The notes under the pieces: generated by a model
Database searches by the model: none
Told to the model about the DNA's origin: nothing
The model's input: only the letters and a program-made list of their open reading frames with translations
Source of the DNA: a virus
Lineage: Duplodnaviria; Caudoviricetes
DNA length: 64,000 nucleotides
Virus record (IMG/VR): IMGVR_UViG_3300036766_002286
Reading direction: 5' to 3' (one strand)
Translations under genes and position numbers: made by a program
In this document: piece after piece, positions 10,015-21,118 of the stretch
Numbering within the stretch: the first letter of the stretch is position 1
Layout of the letters: each line of letters starts with the position of its first letter

Positions 10015-10446
10015 ATGGGAAAATACGCTAAAGACCTGCCGATAGATATAGCTGTTGGCGATGTGCTTCGTGTGCGTACTTATGAAGGGCTCTATAGAAA
10101 TCCAGAAACACGCCACTACACACCCACACCAAAATTTGAAGGCAACACTACGGTTCTTTCAACTATACCAATGCCGTGGGTTGTTCGTCTAGGGCCTCGT
10201 TGGGAAGTAGTATTAGCTTGTTTTCCTAGAACAGTTTTTTACTGCAAGCTGCGCAGATGTGAACACAGACTATATGATAGGAGGGCCTCTTTTTCTAACG
10301 AAGATGAACTTGTGCTATTATTAGATCGCGCCGATCCTCTACGGCCTTATGGATCATCCGGGCCTACTTTTAAAGAAGCTTTAGAAATGTCTTTAGACGT
10401 TTTTGCTCTTAGTGAAGGTATTGACGATATTACTTGGGAATGGTAA
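10015..10446 (+). CDS. Hypothetical protein
   Basis: AAGGAG RBS, 143 aa. Confidence 0.6.
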   Translation: MGKYAKDLPIDIAVGDVLRVRTYEGLYRNPETRHYTPTPKFEGNTTVLSTIPMPWVVRLGPRWEVVLACFPRTVFYCKLRRCEHRLYDRRASFSNEDELVLLLDRADPLRPYGSSGPTFKEALEMSLDVFALSEGIDDITWEW

Positions 10447-10641
10447 AAAATAGCTGCCTCTTAATATTATTATCCTAGAGGACGCTGAACATATGCTGTG
10501 GTTCATAGAACACTCAAGAAGTAAGTAAGCCTAAATATCTTAAAACTCTTCCAACAGGTTTATCTCCTAACCTCCATGCATATACTAATATATTATGTAT
10601 AGTACATTATTATGAGACTAACTATCTAGGAGAATAACAGT

Positions 10642-10872
10642 ATGGATACTAATGATTTATACAGACAACTACAGCGTCTCTCAGAAGAGTTTCGCGAATT
10701 CCAAGATAAACTTGGAGGCGAGCGCCTCACCAGAATCAAAAGCCTGGAAGAGCAGGTTGAAAATCTACAACGTGAAAATAAGCAAAAAACCCAAGCGATA
10801 TCAGATCTATCAGCCAAAGTAGAAAACCTTTCTATACGCGCAGCTGGAGTCCTTCGTCCCTCCCAACAGTAA
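10642..10872 (+). CDS. Small coiled-coil protein
   Basis: AGGAG RBS; heptad-like Q/E/L pattern. Confidence 0.6.
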   Translation: MDTNDLYRQLQRLSEEFREFQDKLGGERLTRIKSLEEQVENLQRENKQKTQAISDLSAKVENLSIRAAGVLRPSQQ

Positions 10873-10986
10873 TATTATATGAAGATTTCCAGCAGAAACT
10901 GTGTCCCAGTATAGCTTATAAACCGCATAACACTATGCATTTATATCGCTATTGCATAAAATATAGTCTCGGTAACTATATTATAT

Positions 10987-11775
10987 ATGTTCAACACTTT
11001 ATTTCACAAATTATTAAGTTCTCTCGGTGCTCTTCTTATCAGCGGTCTAGCTATATTAATCTTCTTCAGTTCCACGGTTTTAGCCGAACCAATTTCTAAG
11101 CCGCCCATTCAAGAAATTCTCGTAATAGGGTACTCCACAAAAGGCGTGCCTGTTATCGCCAAACGCTACGGCAATCTCGGTGGTAAAGTTGTTGTTGCTA
11201 TTGGTTCTATTCATGGTAACGAAAAATCTGGATTAAGTATTACAAAAGCATTAGCAGCTCTTGGCGAAAAACAAGGATACACTTTATGGATTATTGATCG
11301 CGCCAATCCTGATGGGACTGCTTTAGACCAAAGGGGGAATGCACGCGGAGTAGATCTTAATCGTAATTTTAATGTAGGTTGGAAAAAAATTCCATGTATA
11401 AGTTCTGCAAAAAACTGCTCCGGTCCCTATTCAATGTCCGAGCCAGAGACCACAGCCCTAGCTGCTTTTATGCTTCAGGTTCAGCCTCGTATGGTGATTT
11501 TTTACCACTCAGTCGGTAATACTATAGATACTTATACAGCTGCTGTTGCCTCGCCTAAAGCTCTGGCTGTCTACAGCAAAGTATCAGGTATACCAAGAGG
11601 CACAGTATCTTGCGGCCCAGCCGGATGTACAGGCACCGCAACTAAGTATATTTTTACAAACATTCCAACATCAACACCATTTGTTATTGAACTTCCTTGT
11701 GATTCTAAATGTCTAACTCCAACAGACATTCAACGCCACGTTCGCGCCTTTTGGGCCGCAGCCGCACAGGCGTAG
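10987..11775 (+). CDS. M14 zinc carboxypeptidase (MpaA-like), secreted
   Basis: IHGNE, NPDG, RGNARGVDLNRNF, SEPET and YHS motifs; signal peptide. Confidence 0.85.
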   Translation: MFNTLFHKLLSSLGALLISGLAILIFFSSTVLAEPISKPPIQEILVIGYSTKGVPVIAKRYGNLGGKVVVAIGSIHGNEKSGLSITKALAALGEKQGYTLWIIDRANPDGTALDQRGNARGVDLNRNFNVGWKKIPCISSAKNCSGPYSMSEPETTALAAFMLQVQPRMVIFYHSVGNTIDTYTAAVASPKALAVYSKVSGIPRGTVSCGPAGCTGTATKYIFTNIPTSTPFVIELPCDSKCLTPTDIQRHVRAFWAAAAQA

Positions 11776-11878
11776 TTACTTTCCATTCTAGATTTCGTTC
11801 TTTATTTAAGTATATAAAGTTCTTGGCTCTTATATTGCCAGATTAACATAAATAAGTACAGACTGTCTTACAAGTTCA

Positions 11879-12646
11879 TTATTTACGAGGGTTTCTGCTA
11901 TCATCCGGCATAGTAGTGCCTTCCGTGGCCGCTTTACTAAAATCAGTATAACTTGTTATTGCTTTTAGTAGATTAGCCCCGCGTAGGTTAGTGTTTTCCA
12001 GGTTTGTTCTTATCAGCTTTGCTTTAAACATGTTTGACCGCTCTAAGTCAGCATTTGTCAGATCTGCTTCTATAAATACCGCTTTTTGTAGGTCGCCTAA
12101 ACTAAGATTCGCATATGTGAGATTTGCACCTGTAAAATCTGCGTGTCGAGCTCTTATTCCTACCATAACTGCCGCAGTTAGGTCCGCTCTCGCCAGGGTT
12201 GCCTCACACATCTCTGCTTCATTAAAGTGCGCTTGGATTAAGGTAGCTTTATTCATATTTGCTCCAGTAAAGCGCGCATGGCGTGCTGATATATTAGAAA
12301 GGTTTGCAGAAAGTAGAGTTGTCCTACAAAAGTCTGCAGAATGTGTATTAGCATGAAAAAGATTTACACATGATAAGTCAGCTTCTGATAAAGATGTCAT
12401 ATACATCTGTGCTCCTGACAAGTCAGCATTAGTTAGATTGGCACCACGCATGCTTGCATGACTCAAATCAGCCCCCGCCAGGTTCGCTCCCATCAACTTA
12501 GTTTTCTCCAGATTGGTGCGCGATAGGTCCATATCATGCATATCTATATCAGGTAAGTTTAATCCAGACAGATCCGCGCCTGCTAAGCTTTTTCCTGCTT
12601 TTATATATTCCATAACATCATTTCTGTCTAATCTAAAAATATTCAT
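11879..12646 (-). CDS. Pentapeptide repeat protein
   Basis: Repeats; helical N-cap RLDRNDVM; C-cap TTMPDDS. Confidence 0.9.
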   Translation of the reverse strand: MNIFRLDRNDVMEYIKAGKSLAGADLSGLNLPDIDMHDMDLSRTNLEKTKLMGANLAGADLSHASMRGANLTNADLSGAQMYMTSLSEADLSCVNLFHANTHSADFCRTTLLSANLSNISARHARFTGANMNKATLIQAHFNEAEMCEATLARADLTAAVMVGIRARHADFTGANLTYANLSLGDLQKAVFIEADLTNADLERSNMFKAKLIRTNLENTNLRGANLLKAITSYTDFSKAATEGTTMPDDSRNPRK

Positions 12647-12880
12647 ACGTATCCACTGTCTGTTTATTTATAATAAATCATAATAGCATATTACTATGTG
12701 CCAACTAGTAAAAATAGCTTTTATACACAAACAACGCAATAACCACTATATAATTAATATTTCGTGTATTTCATCATAATATTTAATTTTTTATCATAAA
12801 ATATATGTTAAAGATCCGTGCATTTTCAGTTATTTCCAGTACAATATATAATATAATATATCATAGACACGGAGTATTTT

Positions 12881-13177
12881 ATGAGTAATGAAGTGATTTG
12901 GACCTGGATTCTATTAGGCTGCGAGCTAGTAGGTGTTGTAGGCATGCTTCTTATAGGTGCTCGTAGGGCCTCAGGCTGGGGCTGGCTGCTCGTTGTGGCC
13001 CATTCTATACCCTGGCTCGTTTATTCTATTGCTTTCAACAAGCCCGGCTTCATTGCTATGAGCGCTATGTGGATTATTGTCCATACCCGCAACATGCACC
13101 TGTGGCACCGCCACACAAAGTTATCTACTTCTAATTCTTCAGTCTTGTGTGAAGCATGCAGTACTGAGCTTGTCTAA
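12881..13177 (+). CDS. Small membrane protein
   Basis: Several hydrophobic Trp-rich segments; GGAG RBS. Confidence 0.65.
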   Translation: MSNEVIWTWILLGCELVGVVGMLLIGARRASGWGWLLVVAHSIPWLVYSIAFNKPGFIAMSAMWIIVHTRNMHLWHRHTKLSTSNSSVLCEACSTELV

Positions 13178-13216
13178 AGGCTATCCAAGTACCATAAATG
13201 GTATAAATATTATCAA

Positions 13217-14521
13217 CTATTCGTAGCGCAGGGCCTCTACCGGGTCCAGGTTAGCAGCTCTGCGCGCCGGCAACAGCCCCGCTAACATGCCTATCAGCGT
13301 GGTGACTATAATTACTATGAGGCTAATTCCTACGGGCACGCTTACCACATTGCGTGCACTCACTCCGCTGTCTATAAGTTGGTTATCGAGTATCTTGTTT
13401 ACTAGCAGAACTACGCCGAAAGATAGAGTTACCCCTATTACGCCGCCTATAAAACCTAAGATACTAGCTTCAATAGTAAATAAGCGTCTTATAGTCTTTT
13501 TGGTAGCTCCGATTGCGCGCATTATACCAATTTCTCGTGTGCGCTCTAGGATGGACATTACCAGTGTATTTATTACTCCTACGGCTGCAACTAATAGTGC
13601 TATGGCGCCAATTCCGCCCAGGACTGCTCCAATAATAGTGAATGCTGTTTGTTGAGCCTTTATCTCGTCTCGTCCGTTTGCTGCTCCTACTTTCAGGGCT
13701 TTTATATCAAGCATTACTTGGGTGATGTTTTTCTTGTTGTCAACACTTACATAAATGCTCGGATACCCGTTACGAGATAAGTTATTTTCTGTTACACATA
13801 TGGGTTACGTATTTGGACCGCCCCCGCTGCAGCGTTCAAAGCTTGGATCTAGAGTTTCGGCTAAGGCCGAAGTCATTTCTATTGATTTTTCACCATCTGT
13901 GTTAGCAATTCCAATAATAGTTAAAGTAATGGACGCTATAGTTATGCCCATATCTTTTCTTGGGTTCAAGGTAATTATTAAACCTATTGCTGAGTCGTAA
14001 GCTTTCTTGTATCCAAGTTCATCGGCTAGTCCTGTTGAAATAATTATCCCATTTGAATTATCAGAGTCTGCTAACGGCCGCCCGGCCGCCATTTCTCTGA
14101 TGCTTGTACCATTAGGCTTGTATCCTACAATCTGTATGTTTTTTAGGGAAAGCTCAGCATTACCAGCGACAAGCGATTCAAAGTTTTGTACACTTAAATA
14201 TGGGGTAACGCTATTAATGTGTGCAATTTTTTCTAACTCAGCCACTAAAGTTTCAGTTAATTTGGTTCCTGTTCCGTCACTCCAGTTACTGTAGCTAGCT
14301 TCCCGGTAGCTAACGCCCGTGTTTGGGGTAACTATTATGCGTCGGTCTTCTCCAGTTTTTTCAAAAGAGGTAGTTAGAAAGCTTTTTGCACTCGTAACTA
14401 ATGATAGCATTACTGTTACTGATACTGATCCTATAACTATTGCAAATATGGTCAGAATGGTACGCATTTTCTGGCGTCTCAGGTTGCGTCCTCCAGTCTT
14501 AATTTGATCGCTTATTTTCAT
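13217..14521 (-). pseudogene. MacB/FtsX-type ABC permease with internal nonsense codon
   Basis: The two ORFs are in the same frame, separated by one TAA at 13805-13807; ERTREIGIMRAIGA and PARRAANLDPVEALRYE motifs. Confidence 0.85.
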
Positions 14522-15269
14522 AGTGCTGTCCCGTTTTCTGTAAGTTTTCCGTCTCTAATTGTGAGTACTCGCGTAGCTTTATTAGCTATTGTAAAGTCAT
14601 GGGTGATTATAATTAAGGTAATACCGTATTCAGCATTCAAGCGTATTAGCTCTCCCAGAACCTCTTTTCCTCGAGCCGAATCCAGGTTCCCAGTCGGTTC
14701 GTCAGCAATTATTATTGCAGGGTTTTTAATCAGCGCGCGTGCAATGGCTACTCGTTGGCGTTGTCCGCCTGATAGTTCTGTTGGTTTATGTTTTGCTCTG
14801 TCTGCTATACCTATTTTTGTTAAAGCCGCCATACCAAGTTCGCGCCACTGTTTTTTGTTTCCTTTTCCTCCTATTATTAAAGGCGCTATAACGTTTTCTA
14901 ATGCCGTTTCATGTGTTTGTAGGTTGAAAGACTGAAACACAAAGCCTATATAAGAATTGCGGTAGTTGGACAGTTTCTTGTCCCGCGCACTAGTCAAGTC
15001 CAAGCCATCTACTATTACTCCGCCAGCGTCTGGTTTATCCAAACCCCTATCACGTTTGCCAGTGTAGATTTCCCAGATCCAGACGGCCCTGTAATAGCTA
15101 TAAAGTCACCCCGATTTATGGTTAAAGATATACCATCTAAGGCAGCTATGGTTTCACCGCCTAGTTTATATTTTTTTACCAAATTTAGGCATTCTATGAA
15201 AGGTTTTTCGCTGCTCTCCGTTGTTTTATTAAGTATATAATCACGTATAGTATCATTTTTTTCTAACAT
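14518..15269 (-). pseudogene. ABC ATP-binding subunit (LolD/MacB type), frameshifted
   Basis: Walker A GPSGSGKS in one frame, LSGGQ and IIIADEPTG in another; 1-nt deficit in a G-run near 15044. Confidence 0.8.
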
Positions 15270-15357
15270 TCAGCCCGTCCTCGCCAAGATTGTATTGTGG
15301 GCTCCAAGCTATATTTAGCAAGTAGGTGTTTTTCTAGTGTTTAGTAGCCGTCTTCTG

Positions 15358-15908
15358 CTATACGATATTTTTCAATAGATGTCTACCAAGCGTCCCGTCC
15401 GGCATTATTGTGTCTTCTAAATTTGCTTCCATTATATTTGCAGAATAAGGTTTGCTTTTAAAAATATGGCATCCCAAAGCTGAGCGCCTTTCAAGTTTGC
15501 GCCTATTAGATTAGCCCCCACGAAATTGGCATCCGGGCAAAAAGCGTTTTCAAGGTTCACATAAGATAAATCGGCGCCTTCCAAATCAGCATTAAGGAGT
15601 CTCACCCCGATCATATTAGTTGCACTCAGATCTGCTCCGTGTAAATTAGTCCTTTCCAGCAAAGACATACATAGGTTAGCACCTTTTAACCTGCTGAAAG
15701 ATAAATTCGCGTTTCTAATAGCACAATAAGACAAGTTTGCGTAAGTAAAGTCAGTGTCTGAGAGGTTCGCGCCATACAAGTTACAGCGGGAAAAATCACT
15801 TCCAGCCAAGTCCACACCAGTAAGACAAACTCTGCCATTTTGTATAGTTTGGGCGAGCGTCATAACTTCCCCATCTCTAGTTACATATTCGATAGCTGAT
15901 TTAGTCAT
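15358..15908 (-). pseudogene. Pentapeptide repeat protein, frameshifted near 3' end
   Basis: Restoring one T (CTT-TAT) near 15447 continues the frame into DTIMPDGT...TAG. Confidence 0.7.
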
Positions 15909-15921
15909 TTTACTCTTGATT

Positions 15922-16539
15922 TCATGGTAAGTTATAATAGTTTAATAATCTTGTTTGCACCAAACCATCTGGCATTATTACAATTTCTAAGTTAGCTTCT
16001 TCAATGTTTGTATTTCGAAGGTTCGCTTTGAAAAATGTCACCAGCTTAAAACTAGCATACTTGAAGTTAGCTCCTCTAAAGTCTACTCCCCCAAATAAAG
16101 CTCCCTCACAGGTAACATTTTCCAGATTCACTCCTACCATCGTAGCTCCATCTAAATTGGTACTATCAAGATTTGCATTAGTCAAATTCGCACCCGTCAA
16201 GTCCGATCCGCGCATGTCAGCACAACTAAGGTTTGTGCCAGTTAAGTTCGCATCTAAGAAAGTAGCACCTCTTACGCTAGCATGTCTTAAACTAGCATAA
16301 CTAAGGTCTGCTCTATTTAATGTAGCCCCTGTTAAATTAGCATATCTTAAAAGAGCTTGATTAAGATTCGCCTCGGATAGCTTGCTATTTGCCAGATTAA
16401 CGTTGAATAGGTCAGCATTACTAAAATCAGCTCCGACTAGGTCCATATCAGCTAAACATATATTATCATCAAAGGTGTGGCGTTCTAGTACTATTATTTC
16501 CCCATCTCTGCTCAAGTATCGAACGTCTGGATTTTTCAT
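15922..16539 (-). CDS. Pentapeptide repeat protein
   Basis: YLSRDG N-cap, repeats, IMPDG C-cap. Confidence 0.9.
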   Translation of the reverse strand: MKNPDVRYLSRDGEIIVLERHTFDDNICLADMDLVGADFSNADLFNVNLANSKLSEANLNQALLRYANLTGATLNRADLSYASLRHASVRGATFLDANLTGTNLSCADMRGSDLTGANLTNANLDSTNLDGATMVGVNLENVTCEGALFGGVDFRGANFKYASFKLVTFFKANLRNTNIEEANLEIVIMPDGLVQTRLLNYYNLP

Positions 16540-16544
16540 TTTAT

Positions 16545-17084
16545 TTAACTGTGATTTGTCCCAGTCGGCATACTAGCACCTTCAAGTATTACGCCACGCA
16601 GGTCTGTCTGAAAAAGGTTCGCCTTAAATAATGTCGCCCAAGTCAGATTAGCATTTTGAAGAGTAGCTCCCTTAAGATCCGCCCCCACAAATTTTGTCAT
16701 CCAGCACCCAGCCCCAGTCAAATTAGCGCCTCTAAGATTCGCACCTTCAAAATTAGCGTTGTGAAGCACCGCATATTTCAAGCTAGTCGAAGTTAGGTCA
16801 GCATTTTTAAGGTCGGCTCCGTATAAATCAGCAAAATCAAGATTTGCATCAGTTAAGTTACTGTTGGTGAGCTTACTAAATTTCAAATTAACTTTACTAA
16901 AGTTAGCCCCGGTCAGATCCGACCCTTGCAAATAAGCCCCATCTAGGTTGATGTTTCTAAAATCCGCACCTTTCAGATCCATATAAGGCATACACACGTC
17001 ATCAGGGTATGGATATGATGAACCACAGAGTACTAGTTTTACTTTTAGACCGTCTCTGCTCAAATATTCATCTTTGTTTTTCAT
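16545..17084 (-). CDS. Pentapeptide repeat protein
   Basis: YLSRDG N-cap, repeats, SMPTG C-cap. Confidence 0.9.
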   Translation of the reverse strand: MKNKDEYLSRDGLKVKLVLCGSSYPYPDDVCMPYMDLKGADFRNINLDGAYLQGSDLTGANFSKVNLKFSKLTNSNLTDANLDFADLYGADLKNADLTSTSLKYAVLHNANFEGANLRGANLTGAGCWMTKFVGADLKGATLQNANLTWATLFKANLFQTDLRGVILEGASMPTGTNHS

Positions 17085-17130
17085 TCCACTCCCTCCTAAT
17101 ACTATTACCGCTTTTACATGTTTTAGTATA

Positions 17131-17664
17131 TTATATATGTACAGTTCCGTCTGGCATTATGCATCCCATCATTCGAGCGCCTGTAAAATCAGTTCCAATA
17201 ATATTGGCTCCACGCAAGTCAGCATATTCTAGGTTCACGTCGCGCAACGTTGCTTTAAATAAATTTGCTTTGTGAAACTCTGCTTTGTATAAATTTGCGC
17301 CACGCAGCGTTGCGTGTCTTAGGTCACAACCAGTCCAGTTGCTATGGTCACATGCAGCTTTCTCTAAGTTCGCGTAGCTCAAGTTTGCTCCCTCTAAGCA
17401 GGAACGTGCAAGCCGTGCTTCTTTCAAAGTTCCTTCAGTTAAATTGGCAGATGTTAAATTAGCACGCGCTAGCTTGGCCCCATTGAAATTAGTTTTCCTA
17501 GGGTCTCTGTCTACAAGACAAATATTATACACGTCTGTAAAACTTAAATTAGCCCCTGCTAGATCTACCCCCACTAAATGCGCACAGACTCCTCTTTCAT
17601 CTAGCTCTGAGCTTATTATTTTCCCAGTTGCGCTCGCAAACTCTGATCTAAGTTCTCTAGGCAT
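17131..17664 (-). CDS. Pentapeptide repeat protein
   Basis: Start MPRELR overlaps upstream gene by 8 nt; IMPDG C-cap. Confidence 0.9.
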   Translation of the reverse strand: MPRELRSEFASATGKIISSELDERGVCAHLVGVDLAGANLSFTDVYNICLVDRDPRKTNFNGAKLARANLTSANLTEGTLKEARLARSCLEGANLSYANLEKAACDHSNWTGCDLRHATLRGANLYKAEFHKANLFKATLRDVNLEYADLRGANIIGTDFTGARMMGCIMPDGTVHI

Positions 17665-18196
17665 GTATAACACCATCTGGCATTATACATCCCGCCATAT
17701 AAGCACCCTTAAAGTCAGTTTCGATAATGTTGGCTCCAATCAAATTAGCCTTCTCTATGCTAGCGTACCTTAAGGTTGCTTTAAACAGATTTGCTTTAAC
17801 CAGGCTTGCCCCCTGAAGATGTGCATTTTTAAAGTTTGTATAACTCAAGTCAGCTCCTCTGAAATTACTATCATAGCACCAAGCGTACTCTAAATTTGCA
17901 CGAGCAAAATTTGCACCCTCTAAATTAGCATGTGCTATATTTGTACACCACAAATCAGCTCCCCGTAAGTCAGCATTACTTAAATTGGCATGGGGAAGAT
18001 AAGCATTTTTAAAGTTCGCATCGCAAAGGTTGCTGTGCGACAGGTCTGCTACCATCAAGTAACAATCAGTAAAATCACAACCACTCAGATCCATGTTCGC
18101 AAGTCCATGGCACACCCCAAATTCATTCACCTCTAAGCTAATCACTATACCTTCTCTGGTTGTGTACTGCGTTCTTAGTTTTTGAGATTTAGTCAT
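17657..18196 (-). CDS. Pentapeptide repeat protein
   Basis: YTTREG N-cap, repeats, IMPDG C-cap. Confidence 0.9.
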   Translation of the reverse strand: MTKSQKLRTQYTTREGIVISLEVNEFGVCHGLANMDLSGCDFTDCYLMVADLSHSNLCDANFKNAYLPHANLSNADLRGADLWCTNIAHANLEGANFARANLEYAWCYDSNFRGADLSYTNFKNAHLQGASLVKANLFKATLRYASIEKANLIGANIIETDFKGAYMAGCIMPDGVIHA

Positions 18197-18704
18197 GTAT
18201 GCTCCCGTCTGGCATTATGCATCCCCGCAAGTCAGCATCCATGAAATCAGCTCCAATAATATTTGCACCCGTCAAATCACTTCCCCGCATATCAGCATAT
18301 ACAAAACTACACTTAAATAAGTTTGCTTTACGAAAGTCTGTATTAGAAATAAGTGCCCAAGTAAAGCTCGCATATTTTAAGTCTGCTCCTCGAAAATTAG
18401 TATGTGAGCACCAAGCCTTATCTAAGGCTGCATAAGCTAAAGTCGCACCCTCTAAATTAGCCCCAAGAAGATGTGCGTGCGTCAAGTTGCATTTAGTCAA
18501 ATCTGCGCCAACCATAATAGTGTGGTTAAGAGACGCCTGGGATAGACCACTAGCTGTTAAGTCTGCTCCTGTTAGATTTATATAATCGAAATTTGTTCCC
18601 ACTAAATCCTTGTTCGCTAATCCTATGCAGATTCCGGCCTCATTACGATCTAGAGCAACCCTGGCCCCGGCACGAGTAGTATATTCCGCCCCCATGTTAG
18701 CCAT
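18189..18704 (-). CDS. Pentapeptide repeat protein
   Basis: YTTRAG N-cap, repeats, IMPDGSIHD. Confidence 0.9.
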   Translation of the reverse strand: MANMGAEYTTRAGARVALDRNEAGICIGLANKDLVGTNFDYINLTGADLTASGLSQASLNHTIMVGADLTKCNLTHAHLLGANLEGATLAYAALDKAWCSHTNFRGADLKYASFTWALISNTDFRKANLFKCSFVYADMRGSDLTGANIIGADFMDADLRGCIMPDGSIHD

Positions 18705-19155
18705 GTATGCTCCCGTCTGGCATTATACATCCATGCATTACTGTCTCATCAAAAATGCAGTTTATAATGTTTGCACCAGTTAAAACAGCCAAACTAAGAT
18801 CTGTTCTGCACATAGTTACTCCCAGCAGGTTTGCTTTCGTAAATATAGCCCCTCTACATGAAGCGTAGCTTAAATCACATCCAGCCATGTTAGCGCCAGA
18901 AAAATTCGCTCCCACCAAACTAGCCCTTTTTAAGCTCGTGTTACACATTTCTGCACCCTCAAAATTGGCATACGGCATCTTAATGTCCGCCAGCATCATA
19001 TTAGACAAGTTCACACCACGCACATTAATGTCACTCGATAAACCCACTTCAGCCCCAGACAACACCCGCACACCCTCTCTGCCTGCAACTGCGTAAGCTA
19101 AGACTTCCTCACGGGTAAACAAAATCGTATGGCGGCCAATTTTATATTTGCTCAA
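18697..19155 (-). CDS. Pentapeptide repeat protein
   Basis: FTREEVL N-cap, repeats, IMPDGSIHG. Confidence 0.88.
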   Translation of the reverse strand: MSKYKIGRHTILFTREEVLAYAVAGREGVRVLSGAEVGLSSDINVRGVNLSNMMLADIKMPYANFEGAEMCNTSLKRASLVGANFSGANMAGCDLSYASCRGAIFTKANLLGVTMCRTDLSLAVLTGANIINCIFDETVMHGCIMPDGSIHG

Positions 19156-19186
19156 TTTGCTCTCCTTTTAGACTCACTACTCATCT

Positions 19187-19215
19187 ATACTATTGCCGGC
19201 TAACCTGCAAGACAA
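19187..19215 (-). promoter_or_regulatory. Putative sigma70-type promoter with repeated TTAGCC(G/C)GCAATAGTATA motif
   Basis: TTGTCT-17nt-TAGTAT; near-identical copies at 19994-20011 and 21072-21089. Confidence 0.55.
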
Positions 19216-19252
19216 AGCATCTTACGCAACTGCAACACGCTCCACCACCAGC

Positions 19253-19963
19253 TTATTTATGTAAGCTCCCATCTGGCATGGTAGCACCACTAAGGTCAGC
19301 ATTTTTTAACTGTGATTTTCTTATCTCAGCCGAAGTCAAGTTTGCTCCTCTAAATACTACGTCTTCAAAAATTGCATTATGAAAATCAGCGTATTCTAGA
19401 TTAGCGTTGCTCATGTTTGTTCTAGTTAACCTACTATCCCGGAAACTGACACCAGACATGTAAGCACCTCGCACGTCTGCATCAGTTAAATTACAATTAT
19501 CTAAAGTGGAGCCCTCTAGATCCGTTATATACTTTTTTCCATCACCCGCCATATTGGCATTGGTCAAGTTAGCGCCCGTAAGGTTTGTATTTATAAGCGT
19601 AGCCCTGGTCAAATTGACGTTAATCAGGCTTGCATTTTCTAAATATGCTCCGTCTAAATCACAACCACTTAAAACACAATTGTCTAGTAATGCACCAGAC
19701 AAATTAGCATAATATAAACGTGCTTGTGTCAGATCACAGTTTGATAGATTAGCACCCCCCAACTTTGTCTCAACCAGATTGGCTTGCGACAGATTTGAGC
19801 CTAAAAAATTTACTCCTTGTAATTTCATTTCGCTCAAATCCATACCACTTAAACTCATACCAGCTGTGATCATATCCAGCACATCAGTACGGCTAGGCTG
19901 TTTTGCCTCGAAGCTCTTATTTTTGTCCAAAATTTCTTCCCGATTAAGTTTCCTATATATCAC
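19253..19963 (-). CDS. Pentapeptide repeat protein
   Basis: Duplicated helical N-cap, GDGKKYIT loop, ATMPDGSLHK. Confidence 0.9.
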   Translation of the reverse strand: MIYRKLNREEILDKNKSFEAKQPSRTDVLDMITAGMSLSGMDLSEMKLQGVNFLGSNLSQANLVETKLGGANLSNCDLTQARLYYANLSGALLDNCVLSGCDLDGAYLENASLINVNLTRATLINTNLTGANLTNANMAGDGKKYITDLEGSTLDNCNLTDADVRGAYMSGVSFRDSRLTRTNMSNANLEYADFHNAIFEDVVFRGANLTSAEIRKSQLKNADLSGATMPDGSLHK

Positions 19964-19993
19964 TATGCTCTCCTTTTAATCCCTCTAGTTACA

Positions 19994-20011
19994 TATACTA
20001 TTGCGGGCTAA
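19994..20011 (-). promoter_or_regulatory. Copy of the GCAATAGTATA promoter-like motif
   Basis: TTAGCCCGCAATAGTATA upstream of 19963 start. Confidence 0.5.
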
Positions 20012-20059
20012 TCTACAAGAGAAACTGTTTTATATAGTAATAAATCATAGACCATCGTC

Positions 20060-20602
20060 TTACCTACAGATACTCCCATCTGGCATGGTGCATCCTCTCA
20101 AAAGAAAAGCCACAGTTAGGTCAGCACCTACAATATTAGCGCCGATCATGCTACTGTATTTCAAATCAGCTTTAGTTAGATTTGCACCATTTAGGTTTGC
20201 TTTATTGAAATTTGCTTTGTAAAAACTCGCTTTAGATAAATTGGCTCTCCTGAGGTCAGCTCCTTGAAAGTTGCAAGCTACACACCAAGCATCCTCTAAA
20301 TTTGCAGCACTTAAATCCGCTCCCTCAAAATTAGCATTCGCAAGGTCGGTGTACATTAAATTAGCACCAATTAAAGTAGCACCATGCAGGTCAGCCTGAT
20401 TCAAATTAGCATAGGTAAAATTAGCCCCCGTCAGGCCAGAGTGCGATAAATCTGCTCCAAATAAGGCTGTTTCACTAAAGTCGCAGCCCACTAAATCCAT
20501 GTTTGCTAACAATATATGACCTGATGTTTTATCTTTATATAAGTCAACTAAAACACCATCTCTGGTTTTATACTGCATCCCAGCCCCACCTCCTCTACGC
20601 AT
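20060..20602 (-). CDS. Pentapeptide repeat protein
   Basis: YKTRDG N-cap (start may be 20578), TMPDGS C-cap. Confidence 0.9.
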   Translation of the reverse strand: MRRGGGAGMQYKTRDGVLVDLYKDKTSGHILLANMDLVGCDFSETALFGADLSHSGLTGANFTYANLNQADLHGATLIGANLMYTDLANANFEGADLSAANLEDAWCVACNFQGADLRRANLSKASFYKANFNKANLNGANLTKADLKYSSMIGANIVGADLTVAFLLRGCTMPDGSICR

Positions 20603-21035
20603 ATTTGCGCACCATTGTTTCTATCCACGCCCTCTGTTCCTGAATTCCCCCATTCGGCATTATACACCCAAGCGCCTCAACTCCATCAAAATTACAATCT
20701 ATTACATTGGCTCTAAAAAAGTTTGCCTTCACTATATTCGCACCTTCAAAACTACACCTGAATAAGTTAGCTTTTTCAAACTCAGTCCCACAGCATCGTG
20801 AATAACTACAATCAGCAGAGCGCAAGTCAACCCCACTCAAATCGCTTCCGTTTAGTCTAGCTCCCTTTAAGTTAGCAAAACTTAAATTAGCCCCCGTAAA
20901 ATCGCAATAAGACATTTTAACATTTTCTAAATTACAATAAGATAAGTCTATCCCACGCACGTTTATCCCCATAAGGTCGCCCGCATCATCGACTATAAAC
21001 GACAAAATTTCTTCTCTACTGTATTTTCGAAACAC
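20595..21035 (-). CDS. Pentapeptide repeat protein
   Basis: YSREEIL N-cap, IMPNG C-cap. Confidence 0.88.
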   Translation of the reverse strand: MFRKYSREEILSFIVDDAGDLMGINVRGIDLSYCNLENVKMSYCDFTGANLSFANLKGARLNGSDLSGVDLRSADCSYSRCCGTEFEKANLFRCSFEGANIVKANFFRANVIDCNFDGVEALGCIMPNGGIQEQRAWIETMVRKYA

Positions 21036-21071
21036 TATTCACCTCCAGGTCTCCCACTCGTCTATATCGAA

Positions 21072-21089
21072 TATACTATTGCGGGTTAA
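21072..21089 (-). promoter_or_regulatory. Copy of the GCAATAGTATA promoter-like motif
   Basis: TTAACCCGCAATAGTATA upstream of 21035 start. Confidence 0.5.
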
Positions 21090-21118
21090 TTAAAACTAGT
21101 AGCTTATATCCAGCTATT

